Counted from the stretch's first letter, positions 30,152 to 41,084 are shown. The stretch is 64,000 nt of DNA from an uncultured Methanomicrobiaceae archaeon (GCA_963826525.1 CAWGXH010000003.1:256001-320000); one strand, 5' to 3'. Made by a program: numbers and translations. Notes: generated by a model from the letters alone, not told the origin.

Positions 30152-30260
30152 ATGGATCTGCTCGTCACGTCCACACTGATCGGCATCGGGCTTGCCATGG
30201 ACTGTTTTGCGGTCTCCCTCGCAATCGGGGCGGCGCAGCATGCCGCCCGGGTGCGTAGTC
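30152..30260 (+). pseudogene. mntP: Truncated 5' fragment of MntP-type (DUF204) Mn efflux protein
   Basis: MDLLVTSTLIGIGLAMDCFAVSLAIG matches the MntP N-terminal motif; similarity is lost after about 35 codons. Confidence 0.75.
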
Positions 30261-30368
30261 ATCGTGGCGACCCGACACCTCCGTGCATGCGATCAAAGAC
30301 TCTTTTCACTGGCCGCACGACTCAAGAGAGCATACGAATTACGCCGCAAGGCCGTGCGCAAAAATCTC

Positions 30369-32040
30369 TCAGCTCTGCTGTGCGGCTTTTCGAAGCGTGA
30401 ACCGGAACGCCGCCCCATCCTCGGGGTGGCCGGCCGCCCGGTCGTCGACCCAGACCGTCCCGCCGTAGCGCTCGACGAGGATCTGCACGAGGTAGAGGCC
30501 GAGCCCTTCGCCGACGCCTCGCTTCTGCTGTTCGTACCGGTGAAAGATCGCATACTTCTCATCGTCCGGCACGCCCGGGCCGGTATCCTCGACCGAGACC
30601 AGCACCTCATCGCCCCGCTCCTCGACCCGGACAGCGATCTCGACGTCGGGACCACCGTGCTTCACGGCATTACCGATGAGGTTGTCGAAGATCACGGAGA
30701 GAAAATCGTCAGCCAGAACCTGTGAGTGCACCTCGTCATAGAGGATTGTGCTGCCCGGGAAGTCTGTCGTCGCCTCCCTGACCACTGCATCGAGATCCAT
30801 CGGTTTGAGCCCGGACGACGCCCGGTAAATCCGGCGGATGGTAGAGACCGTCTTCAGAATTTCGATACTCCTCCGGACGCTGCGCTGCAGTTTCTTTGCG
30901 TATCCGACCTCCTCCCCCATCCCCTGCAGGCTGTCGATTAAGAGGTCGGCGTAGAGGTTCGAAACGTTCTCGGTATTGCCGATGTCGTGGGTCAGGATGT
31001 CCAGGTAGAGGTTCGCCTCCCGGTTCGTTGTTTCCAGATCGCGGTGAAGCCGGGTGAGTCTCTTCGGTGTGACGTACGAGTGCCTCTTCGGCCCGTTTGC
31101 GGTCGGTGATATCCAGGAAAACGGCGGCAAATTGCCCGATGGAGGGACTGAATGCGTTTACCTGATACCATCGATCGAGGGCTTTTGAGAAATTCTCAAA
31201 TTGAGCAGGTTCACCGGTACACGCGACGTGCCCATACTTCTCAATCCAGAAATTTTCAGTCTTCGGTAGTGCCTCGCGGACGGTCTTACCTATGAGCGCT
31301 TCCCGTTTCAGGCCGGTTAACCGTTCAAACCCGGGATTCACATCGAGGAACCGGTAATCGTAGGGGTTTCCGGAATCGTCGCAGAGGATCTCGTGAAGAG
31401 CGAATCCTTCACCCATCGAGGTGAAAAGGTGTCGATACTTCTCCTCACTTTTCCGTAAGGCTTCTTCGATCCGCTTGCGTTCGGTGATGTCGATGACGAT
31501 TCCTATATAGCGTATGGGCTTTCCGCTTGTGTCCCGCAGGGGGCGCCCGCGGGACATCAGCCATCGCACTCTGCCGCTCTCTTCCGGCACGCGGTATTCG
31601 AAGTTGAGCTCCAGACCTTTTCTGGCCGCCTCCTGGACAGTCTTCTCCGTTATCTCGCGATCGTCCGGATGGATGGAGGTGCGCCAGGCATCGTATGAGG
31701 GTTCACAATCGTGGGGCTGCAGGCCGAAGAGCTGCCATAGTTTCTCTGACCATATGTTCCTGTTGGTGGTCAGATCCCATTCCCACATGCCTGCATCCGC
31801 CGAGTCGAGGGCCAGCCGCAGGCGCTGCTCGCTGAGACGTAGCGACTCCTCCAGTCTCCTGCGTTCACTATCAGCCAGCCTGAGTTCCGCATTCTCCCGC
31901 CGAAGGGCATCGTTCTCTGCCTGAACCTTTTGCATTCGCTCGCGAACAAGCCGTTCCACTTCGGCGAAGATATCCTGCGTCTCCTCGTCGCTGCCGGGGG
32001 GATAGGGTCTCTTCCGTGTGGTTTCCGGGGGTGCAGGCAT
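30369..32040 (-). CDS. PAS-PAS histidine kinase (subfamily A); frameshift near 31060
   Basis: N-terminus and catalytic core are closely similar to 3852-5537 (YLDILTHDIGNTENVSNLY...RYEQQKRGVGEGLGL). Confidence 0.9.
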
Positions 32041-32840
32041 CTGGATCAGGAACTCCTTATAACACCAATATCGATACGTTCGGCCCAGGCGGTAATAACG
32101 ATAGCCCTGCCGGGAACGTGCGTCCATGCCGCCAGCTTTTTATGGGAAATGGAGGGCTATTTGGTCTCCATGGTGAGCCTGGTCGGTCATGAGATGATCA
32201 TTGTGCATCGACGGGTGACCGGATCGTTCGCGAAAGTATTTCGATGTTTTCACGCAGCTGAGATTCTTATGTCAACGGATGATATCACAGCCGCCATAGG
32301 GGGCCATTTTTCGAGATACCTATCCCCGCACGATTTTTTCATGGTGATGGATCGGGGAGCACGCTGCCCTGGCGTCCTGTTGTAATTTGCACGGCGATTT
32401 TCTCCCCGATCTACCGTCCCGATGGCAGTCTCGTGCGGGTTCTCAAAAGCCGCACTCTCCATCGTTCATTTGCCGCAATCGGATGGCGAGCGCGGCCGTA
32501 CGTGCCTGATTGTCATTGCTGCTGCAATTGTTGGAAAATCATTATATATCATAGAGATTATGGAGGTGTTTGCCTGAGGGAGGGATCACACCTGAAGGTG
32601 CATCGCCGTGATGGGGTGAATGCATAAGTCGAGCCGGTAAAAGGCTTATGTATGACAAAGACATCCCATCGCAGTCCGAAATGTACCTAGGGTATGCATT
32701 CGTCCCTCGGGCACCGTTCTTCTTGCAATGTACACCTTTCTTGTAGCCACGGGGCGCTGCTGTTCCCTTACGGTCTCGATCCTTGCACGATTTTTCAGCT
32801 TTCAGTCTGGCCCCTTCGCCACCCCAGAGAGCCCACCTCC

Positions 32841-32874
32841 GCCCTCCTCCGGGAGGAGGGCAGTCCGTGGCGAT
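32841..32874. repeat. Palindromic element R3, copy 2 (inverted)
   Basis: gccctcctcc-g-ggaggagggc-agtccgtggcgat is the reverse complement of 16185-16219 apart from the loop. Confidence 0.8.
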
Positions 32875-33119
32875 AACCCATGTCACGTGCACGCCTCCCG
32901 GCGCGACCGGCCGGGGATCACCGCACCCGTCCGGCTTAGCGGCGAGCAGTACAGCCGCGAGGAGCTGACCGCGGAGAGGAGGCCTTGCATTCCTCTGCGC
33001 CATGACCGGCACCGATCTGCCGGTGCTCGAGAACCAGGCGGCCTACCAACGCCGGGGTGGCTTCGGCATATCCGCGACGGGTCGGCGGCCGACGTGATCC
33101 TGGCCGCGGCGGATGCGCA

Positions 33120-33323
33120 GTGGGCGGCGGACTTCCTCACCGGGAACGGTGGGGGACGCCTCTTCTTTTTCGGACGGCGTCGCGGGCGAGCTTGCTCCCG
33201 GTGGTCGCTGCAGAACATCGCCCTGGTTCTTTGCGGTGTACGGGATCGCCGGCGGCCTCGCAGCGTGACGGCTGCTCCTGCCCGCCGCTCGCATCACCGG
33301 CTCAGGCCTGGGCATGCTCGCGG
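33120..33323. repeat. Dispersed non-coding repeat R2, copy 2
   Basis: gtgggcggcggacttcctcaccggg ... cggctgctcctgcccgccgctcgcatcaccggct ... gggcatgctcgcgg. Confidence 0.85.
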
Positions 33324-33401
33324 CTGTGTACAGAAAAAGTATCGACGCTGCTTCGCTGACTGGATACTCCTATCGGCTACAGTCCGGCTCGTTTCTACAT
33401 A

Positions 33402-33668
33402 TCACGCCTTTTTCAGCGTAAACTTGAATGCCGCCCCTCTCTCTGGATAGCCCGGCACCCGGTCATCGACCCGGACCCTGCCGCCGTAGCGCTCGACGAG
33501 TGTCCGGACGATATAGAAGCCCGAGCCCCTGGCCGCTTCCCCATGCCATGCCCCGCTCGAATCGGGAGAAGAGTTTTCCTTTCACCGCGTCGAGGTTCAC
33601 CGACACGAGGCCTGTCTCCTCCTGCACCCGCCGGATGGTGGCGACGTTCCGGAGGAACTCGCTCGTAG
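33402..33668 (-). pseudogene. Histidine kinase C-terminal relic with internal deletion
   Basis: SEFLRNVATIRRVQEETGLVSVNLDAV is joined directly to KGKLFSRFERG...GLG...DDRVPG...GAAFKFTLKKA. Confidence 0.85.
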
Positions 33669-33701
33669 TTATTAATACCATTCCTGCACCAGGAGTGCAT
33701 C

Positions 33702-34688
33702 ATGACGCTCACATCCGAGGAGGTCGCGTGGGACGTGGACGGGATTTCTGTCCGGGGCACCCTGACCCGGCCTGCGGGCATGGGTCCTCACCCGGGAATC
33801 GTCTTCGTCGCCGGGAGCGGACCGACCGACCGTGACTGGTGCTCCCCCCTGCTATCCGGCACCAATTGCAGCGGCCGCCTGATGGCCGATGCCCTCACCC
33901 GTGAAGGGTTCATGACGTTGCGCTACGACAAGCGGGCCTCAGGACCGCATGCACAGGAGAACGCCCGCCTGCTCGTGGGCAGGATCAGCATGCAGAGCCA
34001 TCTCGACGAACTGATAGGTGCCGTCGACACCCTGCGCTCCGATAGCGATATGGACCCCGCCCGGCTATTCGTGCTGACCAGCAGCGAAGGAGCCATCCAC
34101 GCCCTGCACTACCAGCTGCAGGCGACGGACCGACGATTCGCGGCCCTCGTGCTCACCGGCGCCCCCGGCCGTTCCATCGGGCAGGTTGCCCGCAGCCAGC
34201 TCCTTGCCCAGACCGCGAACCTGGAAAACGGTGTTCTCCTGATGAACGAGTATGATGCCGCCATCGCCGCTTTCATGGCCGGTGAGCCGGTGACACCCGA
34301 TCCGTCTCTCCCGGAAGGGATGAGGGTTCTGCTCCTCAGTCTGACGGCTCCCGTCAACCTGCCGTTCTCACGGGAGCTCTGGTCGAGCGATCCGGCTGCC
34401 CTCATCGCGAAGGTGACGGAACCCGTCCTCGTCGTTATCGGGAAGAAGGATATCCAGGCCGACTGGCAGGCAGACGGCGGCGCACTGGAGCATGCGGCTG
34501 CCCGGGGCGGCAACGTCACGTTTGCATACCCTTCCTATGCAGACCATGTGCTGAAGCATGAGGAGAAACCGCGGGATGCGCTCGTCGCCGCCGACGTCGG
34601 AGCACGCTACAACAGCGAAGGGCGCAGGCTTGACCCGGAGGCGCTCGGCGTGATCGTGGACTGGCTTACCAAACAGGCCCGGCAATGA
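33702..34688 (+). CDS. Alpha/beta hydrolase fold protein
   Basis: GTLTRP...FVAGSGPTDRD...LRYDKR, nucleophile elbow TSSEG, IGKKDIQ, DHVLK. Confidence 0.85.
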   Translation: MTLTSEEVAWDVDGISVRGTLTRPAGMGPHPGIVFVAGSGPTDRDWCSPLLSGTNCSGRLMADALTREGFMTLRYDKRASGPHAQENARLLVGRISMQSHLDELIGAVDTLRSDSDMDPARLFVLTSSEGAIHALHYQLQATDRRFAALVLTGAPGRSIGQVARSQLLAQTANLENGVLLMNEYDAAIAAFMAGEPVTPDPSLPEGMRVLLLSLTAPVNLPFSRELWSSDPAALIAKVTEPVLVVIGKKDIQADWQADGGALEHAAARGGNVTFAYPSYADHVLKHEEKPRDALVAADVGARYNSEGRRLDPEALGVIVDWLTKQARQ

Positions 34689-34749
34689 ACCGCCGATCCG
34701 GCTTTTCCGATTGTGCCGTCGGCCGGGACCGGAAGCTCCCGACTCGCTC

Positions 34750-34945
34750 TCACCGCTGTCGCGCACCGGCTTTCTTCAGCGTGAACCGGAACGCCGCCCC
34801 TTCCTCCGGCCGCCCGCCCGCCCGGTCCTCGACCTGGACCGTGCCACTGTATCGCTCCACCAGCGTCCGGACGATAAAGAGCCCTCCTCCACCTTCTCCT
34901 GCCGGATGATGCTGTACCTGTCCGAGGACTTCCATGTCGATCTCC
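34750..34945 (-). pseudogene. Histidine kinase C-terminal relic
   Basis: GLFIVRTLVERYSGTVQVEDRAGGRPEEGAAFRFTLKKA; no intact upstream domains. Confidence 0.85.
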
Positions 34946-35072
34946 CGGGCGGTGGGGGGTGAATATACCGGTGGTGAAACCTCGACAGGATGGTGCTGGA
35001 AACGCTCCCCTGCAAGGGAGGTCAGAATGAGGAGATTATACCATTTGGCGACAGAATTGAATGCACATAAAA

Positions 35073-35184
35073 TGCTGCGGGTGGGATCCGAACCCACGAT
35101 CTCCAGATGTCCCAGGTCTGGACGCTCCGTTTTTTCCTCAAAACCCTATGAGTCTGGCGCCCTAACCAGCTAGGCCACCGCAGC
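35073..35184 (-). tRNA. tRNA-Met(CAT) with a 39-nt intron at position 37/38 (35109-35147)
   Basis: Acceptor stem GCTGCGG/CCGCAGC, D arm GCCT/AGGC, anticodon stem CCAGA/TCTGG, T arm GTGGG-TTCGGAT-CCCAC. Bulge-helix-bulge: CTCA/TGGG helix with TAG and ACA bulges. Confidence 0.93.
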
Positions 35185-35255
35185 ACGGAAAGTGCAGTAT
35201 AACAATGGCGCCCCGGCACATAAACCTTCTGATTTGAGGGGAAAAAGAAGGAGAA

Positions 35256-36732
35256 CTATTTTTTCGTATTCTGTACATAAACGTTCACCGCAGCGGCGAT
35301 TGCAGCGACTTCTTTCCCCTGCCGGAGCGACGCGGCGAGCGTCTGCATGCGGGTCTCCTCTTCGAGGAGGTAGCGTCGCAGGCTCTTGATGATATGCTCC
35401 TCCTGCAGGAAGTGAGTATGCGTATCCCCGGCGACGAAGTGGCGGTTGTTCATGATGGCGTGGTGGAGCGGCAGCGTCGTCTTGACGCCGAGGATGACGT
35501 ACTCGTAGATTGCCCGCCGCATCCGCTCGATTGCCTCCTTGCGGTTCGAGCCGTGGGCGCAGAGCTTCGAGATCATCGAGTCGTAATGTGCGGGAATGGT
35601 ATACCCCATGTGGATGCCGGAGTCGACCCGGATCCCGGGGCCTCCCGGCGACCGGTAGCGGAGGATCTTCCCCGGGTCGGCGGCGAAGTTGTTCAGCGGA
35701 TCCTCGGCGTTGATCCGGCACTCGATCGCATGCCCGCGGATGCTGATATCCTCCTGGGCGAAGGCAAGCGGTTCGCCCGCGGCGATGGCGATCTGCTGCT
35801 TGACAAGATCGATCCCGGTGATGAACTCGGTAATGGTGTGCTCCACCTGCAGCCGGGTATTCATCTCCATGAAGTAGTACTCTCCGTTCGAGTAGAGGAA
35901 CTCGACCGTGCCCGCGTTCGTATACCCGGCCGTCTTCGCCACCGTCACGGCCGATGCGGCCATCTGCTCGCGGAGCTCCGGCGTCATGATCGGGCAGGGC
36001 GCCTCCTCCACGAGTTTCTGGTGCCGCCGCTGGATCGAGCACTCCCTGTCGTAGAGGTGCACCGTCTCCCCGTTTGTATCCGCGAGAACCTGGAACTCGA
36101 TATGGCGGGGCTTCGTCGAGGTACTTCTCGATGAGAATGGTCGCATCGCCGAAGGCTGACTCTGCGATCCGCATCCCTTTGCCGATCGCCTCCTCGAGCC
36201 CCGTCTCATCCTCGACGATCTGCATCCCGATACCGCCGCCGCCGGCGCTCGCCTTGACGATCACCGGATAGCCGATCTCTGCGGCGATCCGTTTCGCCTC
36301 ATCGATACCGGCGACGCCTCCTTCGGTGCCCGGCAGCACGGGGACGCCGGCCTCGCGCATCATCTGCTTGCTGCCGATCTTCGAGCCCATCGCCTGAATC
36401 GTCCGTGAGGACGGCCCGATGAAGGTTATCCCCTGCTTCTCGCAGAGCTCGGCAAATTTACAGTTCTCGGCAAGGAACCCGTAGCCGGGATGGATCGCCT
36501 CCGCACCCGACTTCCCTGCGATATCGCAGATCCGCTCCATGTTCAGGTAACTCTGCGAGGGATGAGCATCGCCGACGCAGAACCCTTCGTCCGCATACTT
36601 GACGTGAAGTGCGTTTCTATCCGGTTTTGAGTAGATCGCCACCGTCTCGATGCCGAGCTCGCGGCATGCCCGCATCACCCGGATGGCAATCTCGCCGCGA
36701 TTTGCTACCAGAATCTTATCGAAATATTTCAT
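35256..36732 (-). CDS. pycA: Pyruvate carboxylase subunit A (biotin carboxylase); frameshift near 36115
   Basis: [54 protein letters not shown]. Confidence 0.95.
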
Positions 36733-36772
36733 CTCGGAAGTCTCTCCTCGGTGAGTACTGCGAGATACATCG

Positions 36773-38516
36773 CTACTCCACGATCATCAGTACATCGCCG
36801 CTATGGACGACATCGCCGGCATCAACGAAGATATCGGTCACCTTGCCGTCACGCGGGCTGTGGATGGGGTTCTCCATCTTCATCGCCTCGAGGATGATGA
36901 GGGTCTCTCCCTTCTTCACCGTAGCGCCGCGCTGCACCGGGACCTTCAGCACCATGCCCTGCATATTGCTCTTCACGCCGCCGGCGACGTCGCCGCGGGG
37001 GATCTGCTCTCTTGCTACGGTAGCGGGGAGTGTCTCGACCGAACTTCCCTCGACCGAGATGATCCGCACCGAGAAGATCTCGCCGTCGACCTCCACCTCC
37101 ATGGAAGCGGGAAACTCGTTCCCACCCGACGGTTCGGGCTGGGGCTTTGGAATCTCCTCGGGCTTTCGCTCCCCCTTCAGGAACGACGGGGCGATGCTTG
37201 GGTAGAGGATGTAGGTGAGCACGTCCTCCTCTTTTCGGATGAGCCCGGCCTCCTCTGCCTGCTTCTTCATCTTCTCGTATACCGGCTCGAGGAGATCGGC
37301 TGGCCTGACGGTGACGACCGCCTCGTCACCGATGATGTGGCGTCGGATCTCCTCGCTGATAGGCGCCGGCGGCATACCGTAGAGGCCGCGGACGTAGTCC
37401 CGCACCTCCGTGGTGACGTTCTTGTAGCGTTCGCCGCAGGAGAACGTTGATCACTGCCTGGCTGCCGACGATCTGGCTCGTCGGCGTGACGAGCGGGGGG
37501 TAACCGAGATCTTCTCGCACCCGGGGAACCTCCGCCAGCAACTCCTCGTGGCGGTCGAGAGCGTCCTGCTCCTTGAGCTGGGAGATGAGGTTTGAGATCA
37601 TACCGCCCGGCAGCTGGTAGATGAGTACGTCGGAATCGACCCGCTCGGAGATCGGGTCGACCAGAGCGCCGTACTTCTCCCGGAGGTCCAGGCAGAGATT
37701 GCGCACCTTCCGAAGGGCGACGAGATCGATCCCGGTGTCCCGGGGCGTGCCCGCGAGGGATGCGACTACGCTCTCGGTCGGCGGCTGCGAGGTGCCGAGG
37801 GCGAAGGGCGACATCGCCGTATCGAGTATATCGACCCCGGCCTCGATCGCTGCCTGGTAACTGAACGACGCAAGACCGCTTGTCGAGTGCGAGTGGAGGC
37901 AGACTCTGATATCCATCTCCGCCTTGATGCCGGAGATGAGGTCGCGTGCCGCCGTCGGCGTGATCAGTCCGGCCATATCCTTGATGCAGATAGAGTCGCA
38001 GTCAAGGGCGTAGAGGTCGCGTGCCATCTGGATGAACGACTCGGTACAATGAACGGGACTTATGGTATAGGAGATCGCTCCCTGGAGATGGGAGCCGTTG
38101 TTCTTCACCTCTTCCATCGCCTTTCTCATATTCCGGATATCGTTGAGAGCGTCGAAGACCCGGAAGATATCGACGCCGTTTTGTGCCGCTGCCGAGACGA
38201 ACCGTTCGACGACATCGTCGGGGTAGTGTCGGTAGCCGACGAGATTCTGCCCGCGGAGCAGCATCTGAACGGGAGTATGGGGAAGTTCCGCTTTGAGGTC
38301 TCTCAGGCGGTCCCAGGGGTCTTCGTTCAGAAACCTGATGCTGCTGTCAAAGGTCGCCCCGCCCCATGCTTCGACGGAGAAAAAGCCTACGGTATCCATC
38401 GCACGCGCAAGGGGAAGCATATCCTCTGTTCGCAGTCTTGTCGCAATGAGAGACTGGTGCGCATCCCGGAGCGTAGTATCGGTTATAAGTATCGTATTTA
38501 GACTGGCAGCATACAT
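36773..38516 (-). CDS. pycB: Pyruvate carboxylase subunit B (carboxyltransferase plus biotin carrier); frameshift near 37440
   Basis: [32 protein letters not shown] and the biotinyl motif EAMKM. Confidence 0.95.
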
Positions 38517-38566
38517 CGAAAGTACACCTCGGGGCTCGGGAATTTGCAATAAAGCCTCTCAAAACT

Positions 38567-39220
38567 TCACTGTACAACTATAAAAACATCACGAACGGGA
38601 ATGAATGCACAAATTGCGATGAATACGGCGAAAAATGCCCTGGCGGCTTCACGGCGATCGGGCTCGAATCTTGGGTGGATATGCCCTCCGTTCCGGTATC
38701 CCCTGACCGTGAGCAGTTTCGCCGTCTCCTCCGTGCGCCGCAGCTGGTTGATGATAATATTGGTGGTCAGGGGAGCGAGCGTCCCGATCGACGGCCGCAT
38801 TCCCTTGATGGCCATCGCCCGGGTTATCTGAGTAATATCCTGCTCGATGATCCGGAGGCTCTGCAGCCCCATCTCCGCAATGAGGCCGATATCGAACCCG
38901 ATCCCATCACCGAGGAGCCAGACCGAGACCTCGAGGAGCTCGCCGTCCTGCCGGTCGGCGTATGCCCAGGCAGCGATGAGGAGGATTACTGTCATCCTGA
39001 TCAGGTAGGAGAGCCCGTCGCCGCCTGAGAACCCGGAGAGAGCTGCAGAGGCTCCGATCATCACGATCACCCCGGCGAGGACTCTCGGATGCGGGAGCGC
39101 CCGCCACCGGGGTGTGAAAAGCAGCCACCAGATCAGTGCCGCCACCGCCCCGGTCACACTTGCAAATGCGGCGATGGAGAGCACCACCGTAACAAGAATC
39201 CTCAGCCGCGGATCCTGCAT
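38567..39220 (-). CDS. ECF transporter transmembrane (T) component
   Basis: Hydrophobic protein MQDPRLRIL..., C-terminal LLTVRGY, in the bioY operon. Confidence 0.7.
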   Translation of the reverse strand: MQDPRLRILVTVVLSIAAFASVTGAVAALIWWLLFTPRWRALPHPRVLAGVIVMIGASAALSGFSGGDGLSYLIRMTVILLIAAWAYADRQDGELLEVSVWLLGDGIGFDIGLIAEMGLQSLRIIEQDITQITRAMAIKGMRPSIGTLAPLTTNIIINQLRRTEETAKLLTVRGYRNGGHIHPRFEPDRREAARAFFAVFIAICAFIPVRDVFIVVQ

Positions 39221-39901
39221 AGCGCCTCCTTGACATCGAGTGAGCGTGATATTCGAAGGCTGTGCGCCGAGCGTGAGGGCGTACCGCAGGTACGGCGGCG
39301 CCGATCGCCAGAGCGGGATGGCACCGGGAACCTCCCCGCAGGAGATCAGTCTGCCCGTCTCCATCTCGGAGATCGTCCGGACCCGGGGGAGAATCGAGCG
39401 TTCGTGGGAGAATATGATGGTAATACCGCTCTGCCGCTCCTCGATCGCCCTGCATGCGCGCACCTTTGCGGCACAGTCGAGCGAGCTGAAGGGCTCGTCG
39501 AGGAGGAGCAGGTCGGGATCTTTTGCAAACGCACACGCCAGAGTAAGTCTTTTGAGCTCGCCGCGGCTGAGCATCAGCGGGTCGCTCTCCTCCCGGCCGG
39601 CGAGCCTTGCCCGGGGAAGGATCTCGCCGGGATCAAGCCCCCACGACCGGACCTCCCCGGCAACCGTGCCGCAGGTGACGTGATACTCCGGGAACTGCAA
39701 CGAGAGCAGGGACGAGCCCACCCCCTCCCGGTGAACGCTGCCCCGCTCGGTTTTCTCTAAAGAGGCGAGGATGGCTGCGAGTGTCGATTTCCCGCTGCCG
39801 ACCGGGCCGCTGACCAGGTGGACGCCCTCCCCGAAGGAGGCGCTTGCCCGGAGCGTGAATGACCCCCGCCGGAGCGTGACGTCGTCCGCACGAATCAGCA
39901 T
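39202..39901 (-). CDS. ECF/ABC ATPase; a frameshift near 39235 creates an apparent fusion to the T component
   Basis: GPVGSGKST, LSRGE, LLLLDEP; the alternative frame ends ...LDVKEALCRIRG*. Confidence 0.85.
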
Positions 39902-40569
39902 CCCCGCACCCTCCAGAGCGCCGGGTAAAAGCAGGTCTCCTCGAGGTGTCCGAAGACCTCCTCCCCCGTTCCGGCATGGCGGATGCATCCGTCCTCGATG
40001 TAGAGCAGCAGCTCCGCTTCAGCTGCCGTATCCATATTCTGCGTACAGGCGATGACCGATATCTCCGGCCGGCTCAGGATCGCGTTCTTCACCCGGCGGT
40101 TTGCCTCCTCGTCGAGGTGCGAGTCGACCTCGTCGAGGATGAGGAGTTCCGGGTCGTGAACCAGCGCCGCGGCGAATGCGACGAGCGCCTTTTCCCCGCC
40201 GGAGAGTTCGCCCGTCGCCTTTGAAAGGAGGTCCTCTATCCCGAGCAGGGCTGCGATCCCGTTCACCTGTGCCTCCGCCTCCCGGCAGGGGACGCGGGCG
40301 AATCGGAGCGATGAGGCTATCTCGTCGTAGACGCGTGAAAAGAGCATCGTCCTGTCGGGAAACTCCCCGACCCAGCCGATCCGGACGTCGGACGGTTTTC
40401 TCCCGTGCAGCGTGACCGAACCGCTCTCGGGCTCCTCCATCCCTGCACAGAGTTCAAGGAACGTTGTCTTCCCTGCTCCGTTCGGCCCGATAACGGCGAT
40501 CTGCCGGGCATCGGCAGAGAGCGAAGGAATGGTGAGGCGGCGATGCCGCACCCCGGAGCAGCGGATCAT
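39895..40569 (-). CDS. ECF/ABC ATPase
   Basis: GPNGAGKTT, LSGGE, LLILDE. Confidence 0.88.
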   Translation of the reverse strand: MIRCSGVRHRRLTIPSLSADARQIAVIGPNGAGKTTFLELCAGMEEPESGSVTLHGRKPSDVRIGWVGEFPDRTMLFSRVYDEIASSLRFARVPCREAEAQVNGIAALLGIEDLLSKATGELSGGEKALVAFAAALVHDPELLILDEVDSHLDEEANRRVKNAILSRPEISVIACTQNMDTAAEAELLLYIEDGCIRHAGTGEEVFGHLEETCFYPALWRVRGC

Positions 40570-41084
40570 GCGACCCGTTTCCCGATCGAGTATGCTGCGG
40601 CGAGTTTGATCATATCGCCGAGCAGGAACGGCACCATTCCGAACAGCACCGCCGAGATGAACGGGAGCGATGCGGAGTACGAGAGCCAGGAGACCCCGAA
40701 GAGATATACGACGCCGGTCGCGGCAACAAGCCCTGCTATACGGATGCACTCGCTTTTCCGCTCGTAGGCGAGACCTGCGACCACTGCGGCGAAAACGAAC
40801 CCTATGAGAAACCCACCGGTCGGCCCGAGCAGCACGCCGAGCCCTGCCGTCCCGTTGTGAAAGACCGGAAGGCCGAGGGCGCCGAGGAGCACGAAGAGCG
40901 TGACCGGGATGACGGCATACCGGCGCATCGTGATGCCCGCAAGCATGACAAAGAGCGTCTGGAGCGTCAGCGGCACCGGGAAAAAAGGGATGGAAATCCA
41001 ACTTCCCGCGGCAATAAGCGCAATGAACGTCCCGCTGTAGGCGAGGATCTCTGCACGCTGTTTCATCGTCAACCTCTCTATCAT
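40566..41084 (-). CDS. bioY: Biotin transporter BioY
   Basis: PVPLTLQTL...LGALGLPVF...GPTGGFLIGF...PFLLGDMIK. Confidence 0.93.
   Translation of the reverse strand: MIERLTMKQRAEILAYSGTFIALIAAGSWISIPFFPVPLTLQTLFVMLAGITMRRYAVIPVTLFVLLGALGLPVFHNGTAGLGVLLGPTGGFLIGFVFAAVVAGLAYERKSECIRIAGLVAATGVVYLFGVSWLSYSASLPFISAVLFGMVPFLLGDMIKLAAAYSIGKRVA

Noticed and set aside
3852-34945. Kinase repeats as a diversity-generating retroelement
   Set aside because: No reverse transcriptase is present, and differences between copies do not appear adenine-specific.
38567-39988. Apparent ABC ATPase - ECF T-component fusion
   Set aside because: One extra base near 39235 explains it. The alternative frame gives a normal stop at 39202 overlapping an ATG preceded by GGAGG.
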